A stretch of DNA of 64,000 bases from Octopus bimaculoides (GCF_001194135.2 NC_068991.1:34955809-35019808), one strand, 5' to 3'. Shown: positions 50,320-62,657, numbered from the stretch's first letter. Translations and numbers: made by a program. Notes: generated by a model from the sequence alone, not told the origin.

Positions 50320-50559
50320 TTAATCGATGCCAGCATGGAAAATAGACATGTGATGATGATGATGATGGACGATGACATCAGCAACTTGGAATGCAGAGAT
50401 AAGCAATCCCTGATAAGTCATTAAGAAAATGAAACTTTGACTTGATCCACACTGCAAACCCTAAGATTTAAACACTTGGCTTACTTTCACACTATGAATA
50501 TATGGATATGACTCCATCCACACAGTGATCTGTTTATCATCATCATTTTATATCTTGTT

Positions 50560-51240
50560 ATATATAACATTGATGTATACACCTTCCTACTATCCCCTTT
50601 TCCCTGGGCACTGTCCCTGCACCCATACCACCCAGTCAAGTATTCCTCACATCACCTTACCTGCCACCTTTTAACAATCATCCCTCTGACACATATTACA
50701 TCCCCTAACTCTTTATTTGCTACCAGTAACAGCCTTCCTTCCATCCCTCATTTTCTTTATTATCTCTTTCCATGTGCCTCCAGCTATTCTCCCTACCCAC
50801 TCCTCTGCTATGTTTCATCTTAACACCTCATATTTCATCACATATCCATCATCATTCCCAATGCTCTCTCATGTCTACTACCACACCTACCCTCTATAGC
50901 TCCTCTATATATCTCTACATTTCCCTCCCAACCACTCCTATGCCTTGCTCATCATCTCCTCCCTGAACTATCATCTTTGAGCCACTACAATCTCTCTCGT
51001 CTCACCCACCACCCATACTATTTCCCATCAAGCTGCACTACTCCTGTGCAACACTCACAACATTCACTTCTACCTCCATCTCTAACTATTTGGTACACTT
51101 CCCTTACAGTTTTATAACTGCCCCTCTGCTCCTATTCTACTTCCCATATTATCTCTTGCTTCTTAAGGGTTTTGCTCTAGCACCCCATCACTATCATCTT
51201 ACCTTTACCCAGATACCTCTAACCACCCTTATATAAATGT
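50560..51240 (-). mobile_element. Heavily decayed RTE 5' region (C/T-rich on + strand)
   Basis: Shares aagggttttgctct with the RTE 5' part near 38490; remnants of endonuclease start. Confidence 0.4.
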
Positions 51241-52884
51241 ATCTTCTCTACAGCAAGATACTCTGCTTGTCCCTGACATAAAAACCATCCCTCCAATCAG
51301 TATGGTTGGTTATATGAAGGGCATCCAGTCAAAGAAACTAAGCCAAAAGTGAAATGTATGAGTAAGATGTAACCACCAACCTACCTAGAACAGCAGTAAC
51401 TCTATGTAAGAACTGATGCAGATTGTGGAAATCCATCTCACCCTTGCAAGTATGGAAATGCCCTAATTTCATTTACTTTGCCCTCTTTTTTTCTTTGGTG
51501 ATAATTTATGAAGCAAAATGTCTACCTTTATTATATGGAAAACTTGAATTGAGATGCACTGAAGTAAATAATCAACGAATTTTGAAACAGGATGACTGAT
51601 TGGGTCTAGTTTCTTCTGAAAATTTTGGAAGAGAATAATTTGTTTAGACCTATAGTCAAGCAGTGTCACTTAATTTTTAACCTGACTAGTATTATTTTAT
51701 ATGAATTGGGATTGATATACATTGTAACATTAAAAACTACTGGAAAGCAGTTTTATAAGACATGTTTGCATCACATGCCAGTAACCTAAAAGCCTGATTT
51801 AGTATATACTGTAACACCTGATGCACTACATACCACTTAAAACCTGATCTTGTGTATGAGATGCAAGCTAATCTGAGAGAAAAGTGAATGTTTAATGAAT
51901 TTTTTAAATAAAAGTGATAAATGGACCTAATATCATTAATTAATTTTCAAATCCATCATTAAGAAAGGCATAAAGCCACATAAATAAGAATCTAATTGTG
52001 TGCAATGAGTACCAATGTCACATCTATTTCTTCATTTTTGCACAATTCCACAGTGCTTCAACATGCATAAATGGATCAATGAAATGCAGGTTGTGATTAA
52101 CCTTCAGGTACAGAAAAACCAATTTAATTGATGGTGTTGTATGACACCTAGAGATGGTTTAAAACTGTTGTTATTTGAAAAATATAATGTTGCAGAATAT
52201 CTGGCAGCATTGCAATTATTTCATCATTTAGTGCAACCAGAAGACACCTAGATCTAACTTCAAAAACATCCAAAAACCTACATTGTGCCTGAGTGACAAA
52301 TGTGCTCTCATCAGTTTTAACAGTGACACTGACTCACCAATTTGAAGTAGATTTTGTATAATGTGCTCTGTGCATATATCACAGCAGTAGTTCTAGTTCA
52401 TTACAGTCTCTGATGCTTCCATAATCACAATGCTATACACACAATGATATGTGAGATTGTCAACCAGCACAGAAGGTTGTTTTCTTAAGAAAATCATGTC
52501 TGCACAATCAGGTCAAGATCAAAGTCATGAAGAAGCCAGAATTTTGTGTATTTAATGATAATCATTCTCTCTTCTGTTAACATTTGATATACTTAGGTAG
52601 TTAATAGCCATGTTTTACTCACATTGATTAGTAATGTAACCAAATTATTCAATAACAACAATGTTACACTGGATGTTTTAAATTATCAAGCCAACACTCT
52701 ATTGTCCAATGTCTTAATCTTGTAGGAAACTCTCAGTAAGACACAAGTTTCGATTAGGAAGAATATCTTCCAGTCCAACATAGATAGACAGCTGTAACAG
52801 AGAACAGAAGATTGTTGTTGTTTAGCCCCAATCAAGCAGACCTATTACCAAAGATGCTCCATTCATGATCATTCCCTTTTTTAA

Positions 52885-53580
52885 TCAGAAACTAATGGGT
52901 TGGTCAAAAAGTCCTTTTGGTCTTTTAAGCAGAAACAAGGTACAAGTTTTAAAACACAAAGAGATTTATTCGATCAGAGACATAATCACTGGTTCATTTT
53001 GATATTTTCTGCAACATTGTGGGCAGATCTATTATTCCCTGCTCAAAGAATTTCCTGTCTTTACAGGTAAAAAAAACTCTTCCAGATGAATTTTTACATC
53101 CTCTTCAGTGTTGAAGGTTTGTCTATTCAATGAATTCTGAAGAGACAAAAAATAGGTGGAAATCTGATGGTGCAAGGTGAAGTGAATGTAGTGTCAATAA
53201 TGTTTGTTTTAATTCTCTATTTTCAGAGTGATCCCAAGCACACAAAATACAACCTGCCGCATTGTAAGTTCTCGTTGAACTACATTGAATTGCCATATAT
53301 CTAACGGGTACACATGCACAAGGGATACACTGGAGTCAGCTATTCACAAACAAGGTACCAAATCTTTCCCTTGGTTTAATGTAGGCAGTTCCATCACAAC
53401 TCATCAACAGAAATGCACAAAAGCAGAGATGAGGCACGTGTCCCAAACAGTTGTCATATTCATCCAAGTCCATCTGAATTGTCAAAGCCAGTACCATTTT
53501 TTAAGATGGACAGTGCCACACATCCAGAGGGCTAAGCCAACCACACAGGAAACAACATCTGAAACCCAACTGGCAACCCA
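52885..53580 (-). mobile_element. Third mariner remnant
   Basis: LAPSDFHLF at about 53135-53180. TIR-like taatgggttggtcaaaaagtcc near 52893. Confidence 0.65.
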
Positions 53581-54518
53581 ATTCTGACATGGGCAGCAGG
53601 CCCCCTGACACCTCACCAGCCAGACAGACATGCTTCAAGCCAACAAAAAGCTTCTACAGTCGAATTAGGCAAGTGACCACCCTCTGAGTGCACTAAGTGT
53701 CACAGAGGTGCTCTCTCTTTAAGCCTATCCTGTGAATGTAGGCTATTTCCCTCCTGACACCAAGCTTTTGTGGACTAAGTCACATGCTTAGGGGGTACAT
53801 CCATCAGCCCAGTAATCACTCACCAACAGTCTAGGTAGATCATAACTGCACTTAAACATCTGGTGTATTAAGGTGGGTGGTGCCACCAGGATCTAGTCAA
53901 CTACTCACCAAGGGGCCATAAGAGGCACACCAATGTATTCTGAATGCACATTTTGCTGGTCAGGCATTACACCCAGTTAACGAGTCAAGGTCAGCAGAGT
54001 AAGTGGATCATAACTACACTTAAATGCCCGGTGTATTAGGGTGAATGATGCCACTGGGGTCATTGGGTCCCAGATCATTGGGTCAGTGGGGGTTATTGGC
54101 GGTTAATGGGATCAGTGGTCCCAGATCCAACTAGCTTCCAGTAACCCTGAAGCAGATCAACGGCAGCCAAAGTGGCTTCAAACGCCAAGGTGGTCAGATC
54201 ATAACACGGGGGTAGCTCCAACCGTCACTATACCGACAGGGTGGGACATTTTCAATACTCCATGATGACCCATCAAAACTGTGAGCCCTGCTTTTACGAC
54301 TTAGCCAGGTCGTCACATCGAGGCCTTGATCCGAAGTGGCTGGTCGTCACATGGAGGCCTTGTCTAAATTAATAGATTCCAGCGCTTTAAGTTGACTCAA
54401 TGTGGAAGGACCACATTGGCATGATTGCCCCTTCCCAACACAGCTGCAACCACGGGTGGAAGGTAATGCAGAGCACTTGAAGTTTAGTGTTGACAAAAAC
54501 TAAAGATTTTTTTTTTTA

Positions 54519-55283
54519 GGAAATGAATATGAAAACAAAAATGCCCGGAAAGCAACGGGGTGGGGAAGGACTTTGGAAAATTCCCAAATTTCACAAGATC
54601 CGAGTTTTTCCCTGGTAACTTTAAGGAAAATGGATATCTTTTAATGAGATTGTNNNNNNNNNNNNNNNNNNNNNNNNNNNNNNNNNNNNNNNNNNNNNNN
54701 NNNNNNNNNNNNNNNNNNNNNNNNNNNNNNNNNNNNNNNNNNNNNNNNNNNNNNNNNNNNNNNNNNNNNNNNNNNNNNNNNNNNNNNNNNNNNNNNNNNN
54801 NNNNNNNNNNNNNNNNNNNNNNNNNNNNNNNNNNNNNNNNNNNNNNNNNNNNNNNNNNNNNNNNNNNNNNNNNNNNNNNNNNNNNNNNNNNNNNNNNNNN
54901 NNNNNNNNNNNNNNNNNNNNNNNNNNNNNNNNNNNNNNNNNNNNNNNNNNNNNNNNNNNNNNNNNNNNNNNNNNNNNNNNNNNNNNNNNNNNNNNNNNNN
55001 NNNNNNNNNNNNNNNNNNNNNNNNNNNNNNNNNNNNNNNNNNNNNNNNNNNNNNNNNNNNNNNNNNNNNNNNNNNNNNNNNNNNNNNNNNNNNNNNNNNN
55101 NNNNNNNNNNNNNNNNNNNNNNNNNNNNNNNNNNNNNNNNNNNNNNNNNNNNNNNNNNNNNNNNNNNNNNNNNNNNNNNNNNNNNNNNNNNNNNNNNNNN
55201 NNNNNNNNNNNNNNNNNNNNNNNNNNNNNNNNNNNNNNNNNNNNNNNNNNNNNNNNNNNNNNNNNNNNNNNNNNNNNNNNNNN

Positions 55284-55319
<36 letters not shown>

Positions 55320-55515
55320 GAAGGACCTGAACCCTTCAAAGGGATGTTTAGCATCCAAGTTCCTGAGGAGAAGCCTAATTTGTGATTTCAAAAGGATCAT
55401 ATTTTCTTCAGCTACGAGGGAAAAACTCGGATCTTGCGAATCTTGTGAATTTTCCGAAGGCCTCTCCCCACACCCCCGTTGCTTTCCGGGATTTTTTGTT
55501 TTCATATTCGTTTCC
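54519..55515. mobile_element. Element with ~130-bp imperfect TIRs and TA flanks, centre in a gap
   Basis: ta|GGAAATGAATATGAAAACAAAAATGCCCGGAAAGCAACGG... vs ...CCGTTGCTTTCCGGGATTTTTTGTTTTCATATTCGTTTCC|ta. Confidence 0.65.
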
Positions 55516-56885
55516 TACACCTTTTTTGTTACACCCGTTATACTATTTTTTTTTCTTTTTGATTTCGTTTCCGGGTAACGATGTCAACATTAACCAACTA
55601 CAGTAATCTGTTCTCCCTTATTCAAGACGATCGGGTAGAATTTGGGGGATATTTGGCTACTATTCTATCAATTCAGACGACCAAGTAGAAGCTCTTCCGT
55701 TGTGATCTCCGATCGACAACTAAGAAAATGTACCGCAACACAAGCAGTATTAATATATAGATACTATTGTAATATGAGGGCCCAAAAATCAGGATGAGAG
55801 ATAATAAAAGATAATTAAAAAAGACTGAAAACAAACGAAATTGGAAAATGGTACTATTACGTTACATAGTGAATTATTTTTAGAATATATCAACGATGAA
55901 TTTAATTCAAATGATAAATTTGTTAGTAATACTCAGAACTTCATATACCCGTTAATTGACGTCTCCACCAATATGAAAACACCTGCAAAAAGTGTAAACA
56001 ATCTTTCAAAACCATGTGTTAATTACACAAAAATGATACCCTTTAAGCTCAATACATAACGAGCACTTTCAACTGAATAAATATACATTTCTCCTTATAA
56101 ATACTTTTCTTGTTAAATCCTTCGACACTTGTGGAACGGAATCCAGTATAACGACAGCACCTAATATTTGTGTATATGGATTTTAGTGAGCAGCAGAAAA
56201 CCTGAGAGATTTTTCTATACTCATGTAATTCATTTTGAATTCATACCTTGTTGCAATCGACTTTACATTCTAGGGCTGATAAAATAAATACAAGCCAAAT
56301 ACTAAATTACATACTAAAGTAAGTACTATATTAACAAAGACGCACTCTACCCTTGTACTTGGTCTACGTCAATTCAATATTTTACTTCACGCTAAAGCGA
56401 TCTCGCAATTGCATTTGGTTTCACTTTGTTGCCCAGATTACCTAAAGAATGATCGAAAGACCACCCCTCTGGTGATATTTAATAAAGTCAGTTGCATAAT
56501 TTTACATAACCGTCAGTTTCTGTTGATGGATGGAACAGTGATATGTCAGTTGGTTTTAGCGATAGAAGTCAAACCAACTGACAAATATAAAAATGGATAG
56601 AACAAAGGCATTAAAACTACTTCAGTACAACGAGGAGGAATTTTAACATCATTAATTCTACTTTTATACACACAACTGAAAAAGTACATTTTTCCATATA
56701 TAGAGAAGAGGTTTGGGCATAGTTTGTAAGTACCATGAACGAAACTCTAAACACTTGAGTCACTTCGTGTCTTTTGATTTAAAAAATAAAACGGGGAACA
56801 AAGAATGCACTGGGCTTGAAATTGTATCTGTTAACAGACACATCGTTATTTCAAAGAAGTAAAAGAATCATTATCAAACACATAC

Positions 56886-56941
56886 CAGTTATCAACAAAT
56901 TTATCAGACATATAATCATCTTCTTCAGTTTCTGTGGACAT
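56886..56941 (-). CDS. GPATCH11: GPATCH11 coding exon 1 (MSTETEEDDYMSDKFVDN + TG)
   Basis: ATG at 56941-56939. EEDDYMSD matches the conserved GPATCH11 N-terminal motif (human, from memory: EEEDYMSDSF). Donor TG|GTATG at 56885, phase 2. Confidence 0.9.
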
Positions 56942-58014
56942 TTCTATATAAAAACAAATAATTTCAGAAATAAAAATAATGGCGGTGAATGCGGAGGAAG
57001 GGAGATAACTGTATTGTGAACACACTGCTGTGTATTTTGGATGTCTCAACCCCTCATCCAGTCTTTATTCGCCGACAATCTGTTTACATCGTTACCTAAT
57101 CTTTATTCACCTACCATCTCAATACATGCCAGTTTCTGTATCTTCCCTGAATGAGAAATCTAAATGAAAAATCAATAACTTAGCTGTATTTGATAACATC
57201 ACAATATAAAACACTTTAAAACTCAAGAGAATATTGTTTCCAACCCAGGGCTTCTATATGGGTTGATAAAAGATCTTCAGTTTTATTGAGGAGCCATCTC
57301 CACGAATTGCTTTTTTTTGTCTAAGATTACATGTGTCTTTAAACCATTGACTACTTTTATTTTCACAGAAACATACATCATGGCTTGCACACCAAACACT
57401 GCAGTCCCCATTCATCCCTACCTCTTTTAAAACATGGGAAATTACTCTACAAATTTGGGTAGTTTGTATATAGGGTTTGCTTTTTCATGTCCTGGAAAAA
57501 TATAGTAAATTGTAAGCGCTTGATGCAGTAAAAAGGGATGAACCCACAACCAAGACTGAGATCAAATATCCTCAATGCAAGTCAAAGACTGCTCAATCAC
57601 CCAACATTACCAAACTTTCAACACACATAATACAAAAGGGTTACGTTAAGGTCCAAATTGATAAAATACCCCTAAATGCAGAACAAAATAAATACTCAAT
57701 GAGGAAAAAAATGGCACACTTTCAACATTTCATTTATAGCTTTAATAAGGCACACAGGAAACAGTATATGGTAGTACACACTAACCCCCCCCCCCACACA
57801 CACACACACACACAAACACTGCATAGCTATAAACATAACTTAGTTAACAAAAACAAAACAAGACCTATATGGTTTCTCTTTACCTTTGTCATGGTATTAT
57901 GTAGTGTTTCATCAATGCTGCTATGGTAGCTGGTTGAGTTAATGAATGAAAATATGTTTCTTGATTATGTGAAAAATAACTGAATAACACTAGCAAACAT
58001 TTAATTGAAGTATT

Positions 58015-58215
58015 TATTACATTATTTACATTTGACGGATATTTGTCCTCATCTTGTTTGTTGTTAACGTTTCAGCTGATTTACCCTCCAGCCTTCATCA
58101 GGTGCCTTGGGGAAATTTCGAACTTGGGTTTTCATTCCTAAGGTATTTTTCGTTGTTGTTGTTGTTGTTCAAATGTAAATAATGTACATAATTCCTCAAC
58201 TCTTAAATATAGAAC
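58015..58215. mobile_element. Penelope-type terminal-repeat fragments in inverted arrangement, with a hammerhead-like core
   Basis: Minus 58015-58165 carries CTGATGA...GAAACGTT and ends gtcaaatgtaaataatgta. Plus 58168-58215 restarts tcaaatgtaaataatgtacata. Confidence 0.6.
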
Positions 58216-58269
58216 TAAAGTATTTATTATTGCACATAAAGACAAATTGCATTGGCCATTTACAGTTAA

Positions 58270-58810
58270 CAACAGCAATAATTACAGACTTGAGGTGGTT
58301 GATAGTTTCTGAAAGTATTGTTTCTAGAATAGGATGGAGGAAGTTCAGAGAGTTACTACCTCTGTTGGCAACAAAGGGACTCTCTCTCTCAGAGCGAAAG
58401 GTAGATTGTATGATGCTTGTGTATGAACAGTTATACTCCATGGTAACGAGATATGGGCTTTGATTGCAGAGGACATGCATGGACTACAAAGGAATGAAGG
58501 TAGTATTCTCTGCTGGATATGCAGCATCAATGTGCATGAACAACAAAGTGTAAATGTGTTGAAAGAAAAGTTGGGCATAAGAGCAATGAAATGCAGTATG
58601 CAAGAGAGGAGACTAGATTGGTTTGGACATGCAATGAAGATGGCTGCATAAAGAAGTACTGGTCACAGAAAGTGGATGGTACCTGTGGAAGAGGAAAACA
58701 CAGGAAGACATGGGATGAAGTGGTGAGGACCGATCTCAGGATGTTGGGGTTCACAAAAGAAACGACAATGGACCGAGATGTCCAGTGATATGAGATTCTA
58801 GAGAATACCT
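58270..58810 (+). mobile_element. RTE LINE RT C-terminal fragment
   Basis: RIGWRKFRELLPLLATKGLSL...KVDGTCGRGKHRKTWDEVVRTDL. Confidence 0.88.
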
Positions 58811-59241
58811 ACCCATGTCAGTGAAACTGAGTTCTAGAAGAGTTGTGTTCCACCCACATGTAACAATAAAATTTTCACACACCCTACCCCAACATACCAA
58901 ACTACATCTCCTCTCTCTAATTGTATCTCTTCTCTTCTTCACATTTTCCCCTCGTATATTATGATTATCTCCCACTCCCCAATCCTGTACTCACTGTATC
59001 ACTGCTTTCCCCACCCTCTCTATATACCCAAATCCTCACCAGTCACAATCTTCTTCACCCCCACTCCTTACTCCTATATTATGACCTCTATACCTTGAGA
59101 GTATGCCCCAGCACCTGCCACCATTTACCTCTCACATCCTTACTTTACTATCCCATCTATGCCTTATCCCCTCTATTTGCAAGTATACCTGGCACCTTGC
59201 CACCATCTCTCTCCTGTTCTTTCTTGTACCCTTCCTTCTCC

Positions 59242-59286
<45 letters not shown>

Positions 59287-59299
59287 CTTGCTCTTCCCT

Positions 59300-59690
59300 C
59301 TAACCGGATAACTATGTATTTCCTCTACAGCAACATACCAGTTTCTGCTCTCATTTTTAATCACTCTCTCTCCCTCCTTTTCTTGCTCTTACCTCTGGCT
59401 AGCTAACCATGTATCTCCTTTACAGCAGCACACCTGTTTCTGTCCTCTTTCTTGTTAACTCTCTTTCCCTCCCTTTCCTTCTCTCTCCCTCCCTTTCCCT
59501 TTCTCTCCCTCTCTTTCTCCTATCTCCCTCCATTTCTCTTCCTCCTCCTTTCCCCCCTCTCTCTGGCTGGGTAACCATGTACCTCTTCTACAGCAAGACA
59601 CCTGTTTCTGTCTCTCTATCATACTTTAACCATTCATCATCTGACACAAGATCTCCTCCTCCGATGATCCCATCCCCTCTCAAAGATTCC
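59300..59690 (+). repeat. Three diverged ~45-bp units (aaccatgtatctc...tacagcaagacacctgtttctg) in CT-rich sequence
   Basis: Units near 59309, 59403 and 59571; a related motif near 51238. (CT)n at 59246-59283. Confidence 0.6.
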
Positions 59691-60349
59691 TTGTCTTACA
59701 TAGTTACATGCTGACCCTACCAGTGCTGGTGTCACCTTAAAAAGTATCCAGTCCACACTGTAAAGTGGTCGGCATTTGGAAAGGCATCCAACTACAAAAA
59801 CCATGCCAAAACTGACCTTACTTGTGCTGGTGCCTCATAAAAATCACTCAGCCCACTCTGCTGTTAGGAAGGGAATCCATTTGTAAAAAACCATGCCAAA
59901 ACAGCTACAGAAGTATGGTGCAGGCTTCTGCCTGGCCAACACCTGTCAAACTGTCCATCCCATGCCAGCACAGAAGGAGGACATTAAACAATGATAATGA
60001 TGGGAGATAAGAAAAAACCATGCCACATTCAAAGAAGTTACTTATGAGACATTATGTGAATGTTTAGTTCAGTCTGTTCTTGACCCTAGAGTTGTCTGCA
60101 CAAATGTCTGGAACCATGAGATGTGGCAAGAATGGAGGCACATATCACTGTGCTGCATTCAACATTCTGGCTGACAAGCCATGTGAATGAGTCAGCCACT
60201 CTCAACACTTTCATAGGGTACAAGAAGAGTCCAGAAGATTGAACCATGCAATAGCATCATACTGATTGGTTGCTTATTTGATTGCAATCAGAAAACCACT
60301 ACTTTCAAAAACAAACATTGCAAAGAGTGGAGTAAAAACCTACAAAATT

Positions 60350-60870
60350 GGTCCCTGGAGCAGTGGAAGAATGTTATTTTCTCGGACAAGTCATCTCTTA
60401 CCTTATTTCCAACCACCGGCTGAGTATATGTGTACAGACAGCCAAAAGAAGCATTTGCCTTCTTCCAACTGTTAAAGATGGAGGAGGATCTGTGATGATC
60501 TGGTGGGGATATATCTTGGAAATCTGCCAGCCCAATGGTTTCCCTTCGTAGCAGAATTAAAAGTGAAGATTATTTAAGCATTTTATCTTATCAAATTCAT
60601 CCTATGGTTGTGGAACTGTTTCCGGAAGGAAATGCAATCTTTCAGGATGATAATGCACCAATTCACACAGCTAAAGTTGTTATTGAATGGCATGAGGAAC
60701 ATTCTAATGAAGTTGAACATCTTATCTGGCCACCACAGTCTCCAGATCTCAATATTATTGAACATTTATGGTGCATTTTAGAAAAACAAGTAAGGAGTCA
60801 ATATCCTCTACCATCATACTACAAGAACTGGAGACTGTTTTGGCTAAAGAATGGAGTGTCAACATGTAAT
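60350..60870 (+). mobile_element. Tc1-like (DD34E) transposase fragment
   Basis: LPTVKDGGGSVMIW, IFQDDNAPIHTAK, WPPQSPDLNIIEHLW. Confidence 0.92.
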
Positions 60871-60964
60871 TTTTTTGGATTAATTTATACTGCATACAAA
60901 AATACAGACATACTATATACGGTATGTTATTAAACACACACACATCTACACATACAGAGGCATA

Positions 60965-62310
60965 CCTAACGACTAACAGGGATTGAAACAATTGAACCTT
61001 AGATCAATAAGATGGTAAGGAAGTGACTCGGCCTTTTGAAGTGCCTTTCATCTGTCGCCCTTTATGGCAACTAGGGTATGCTCCAGTTGCCCCTGACATC
61101 ACTAGTGGAGGAGTACAAGGTCTCCAAGGTGCATCTGCAATCGATGGTTTCTGAGTCAAGGGACACTGTGATCCAGAACAATCCACCAGATTTGAACACT
61201 GGTAGGAAGTGGAAGGTCACTGAGGCGATACAGCAGCTTGATGAGATGGCCCAGCATGCTGAAGTGCATGGAGTGATTATAGATGGCAGGGCTGATGTGG
61301 GGCTTGTCAAGAGAGAGCAGTTCTGGTCTGAGTCAAGTGAACAAGAACAGCTGAAGCTACGTGAACAACAAGTAAGGCAGTTGGAAGATGAGAGGCATCT
61401 GGGTCACGCAGCACAACAAGCACAGCAGGGTCGGTGGCTGAATCGGGATGATGTCAAAAAGCTGGAGTTGAAGTAGTCTGATTGGTGGTGGTTGAGAGCA
61501 AGACATTTGAAAGCTCTAATCCAGACTGTATATGATGTGCATCTGTCTCCAGCAAATCTCAAAAAATGGGGTATCCAAGAGAGTCTACAGTGTCACTTGT
61601 GTGGGAAGTATGGCAGCCTCAAACACATGCTGTCAGCTTTCCCAAAAGCACTCCAGTCTGGATGGTATACATTTAGACATAATTTAGTGCTAAACGTTGT
61701 TGCTTCAGCTGCAAGAGAGGGTCAAGTGCCTGAACTGAGCTTGTGCAAGACAGCATTTGTGAAGCAGGGTGTGATGCCAAAGAGGCAGGAATCTCGGCAA
61801 GCCAAAGACAGAAAGTGGGAGGTGTTCCTGGACAAGCCATTGCTTGAAAGCATCATTGTGTCAGTACTCTGGCCCGACCTGGTGTTGGTAGATGAGGGTC
61901 AGAGACATGTGGTCCTTGAGGAGGAGAGCATTGCTGAGGCCCATGAATGGAAGCTGTTAGGCTATGAAGAGCTGGTAGCTGAGATTCGGGAGAAGGGTTA
62001 CATCTGTGAGCTGGTTGCGTTCAAGGTTGGCTGTAGGGGTTTCCCAGCAGGTTCTCTCAGAAGGTTTCTGAAGGTGGCTGGTGTATCTGCTGTGAGAAAG
62101 ACAATCAAGGAATGTGGGAAGAAAGCAGTTGAGGGTAGTGCTTGGATTACCAGGAGGTTTGCGAATGTGTACAAGATCACAGAACTGTCATGAGTCTGGT
62201 TGCAATGCAATACATCCAGCTGTTCTGGGCCCACCGTGTGGAGAGATACTGAGTTTAATGGGCCAAAATCTTGTCGAAGCATGGCACTCAGCTGATGGTT
62301 GCAGCCGGAC

Positions 62311-62312
<2 letters not shown>
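60965..62312 (+). mobile_element. 5'-truncated HERO-like non-LTR retrotransposon (RT thumb, Zn knuckle, restriction-like endonuclease)
   Basis: One frame with a few stops: CLSSVALYGN*GMLQLPLTSLVEEYK, TGRKWKV, CHLCG...KHMLSAF, RHNLVL, PDLVL, FKVGCRGF. Confidence 0.8.

Positions 62313-62360
<48 letters not shown>
62313..62360 (+). repeat. (GATA)12 microsatellite at the 3' end of the HERO-like element
   Basis: Perfect 48-nt tract directly after the 3' UTR. Confidence 0.95.
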
Positions 62361-62363
<3 letters not shown>

Positions 62364-62657
62364 GAAACACCATGTTTTTGGTATTTCATTAATAAATATA
62401 TGTAAACACACACACGCGCGCGCAAGCGTGCACACACACATATGCACATGTACATACAAATATATAAAGATGCATGTATTCATTTCAAGAGGGTTGGAAC
62501 TCACAAACCCTAGTCTTTATATATTAATTCAATATTCAAGAATTGTTTCCCAATGATATTCCCCAGATGCTGGTGGTGGTGGTGGTGTTTAAACTCTGTA
62601 CAAACAAATCATAATACAAATATTTCAGTGTTGCCACTACCAACAATAGGAATAGGT

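Noticed and set aside
62230-62312. Permuted hammerhead in the HERO-like 3' UTR (ggccaaaatc...cagctgatgg)
   Set aside because: Both core motifs are mismatched and no stems can be drawn.
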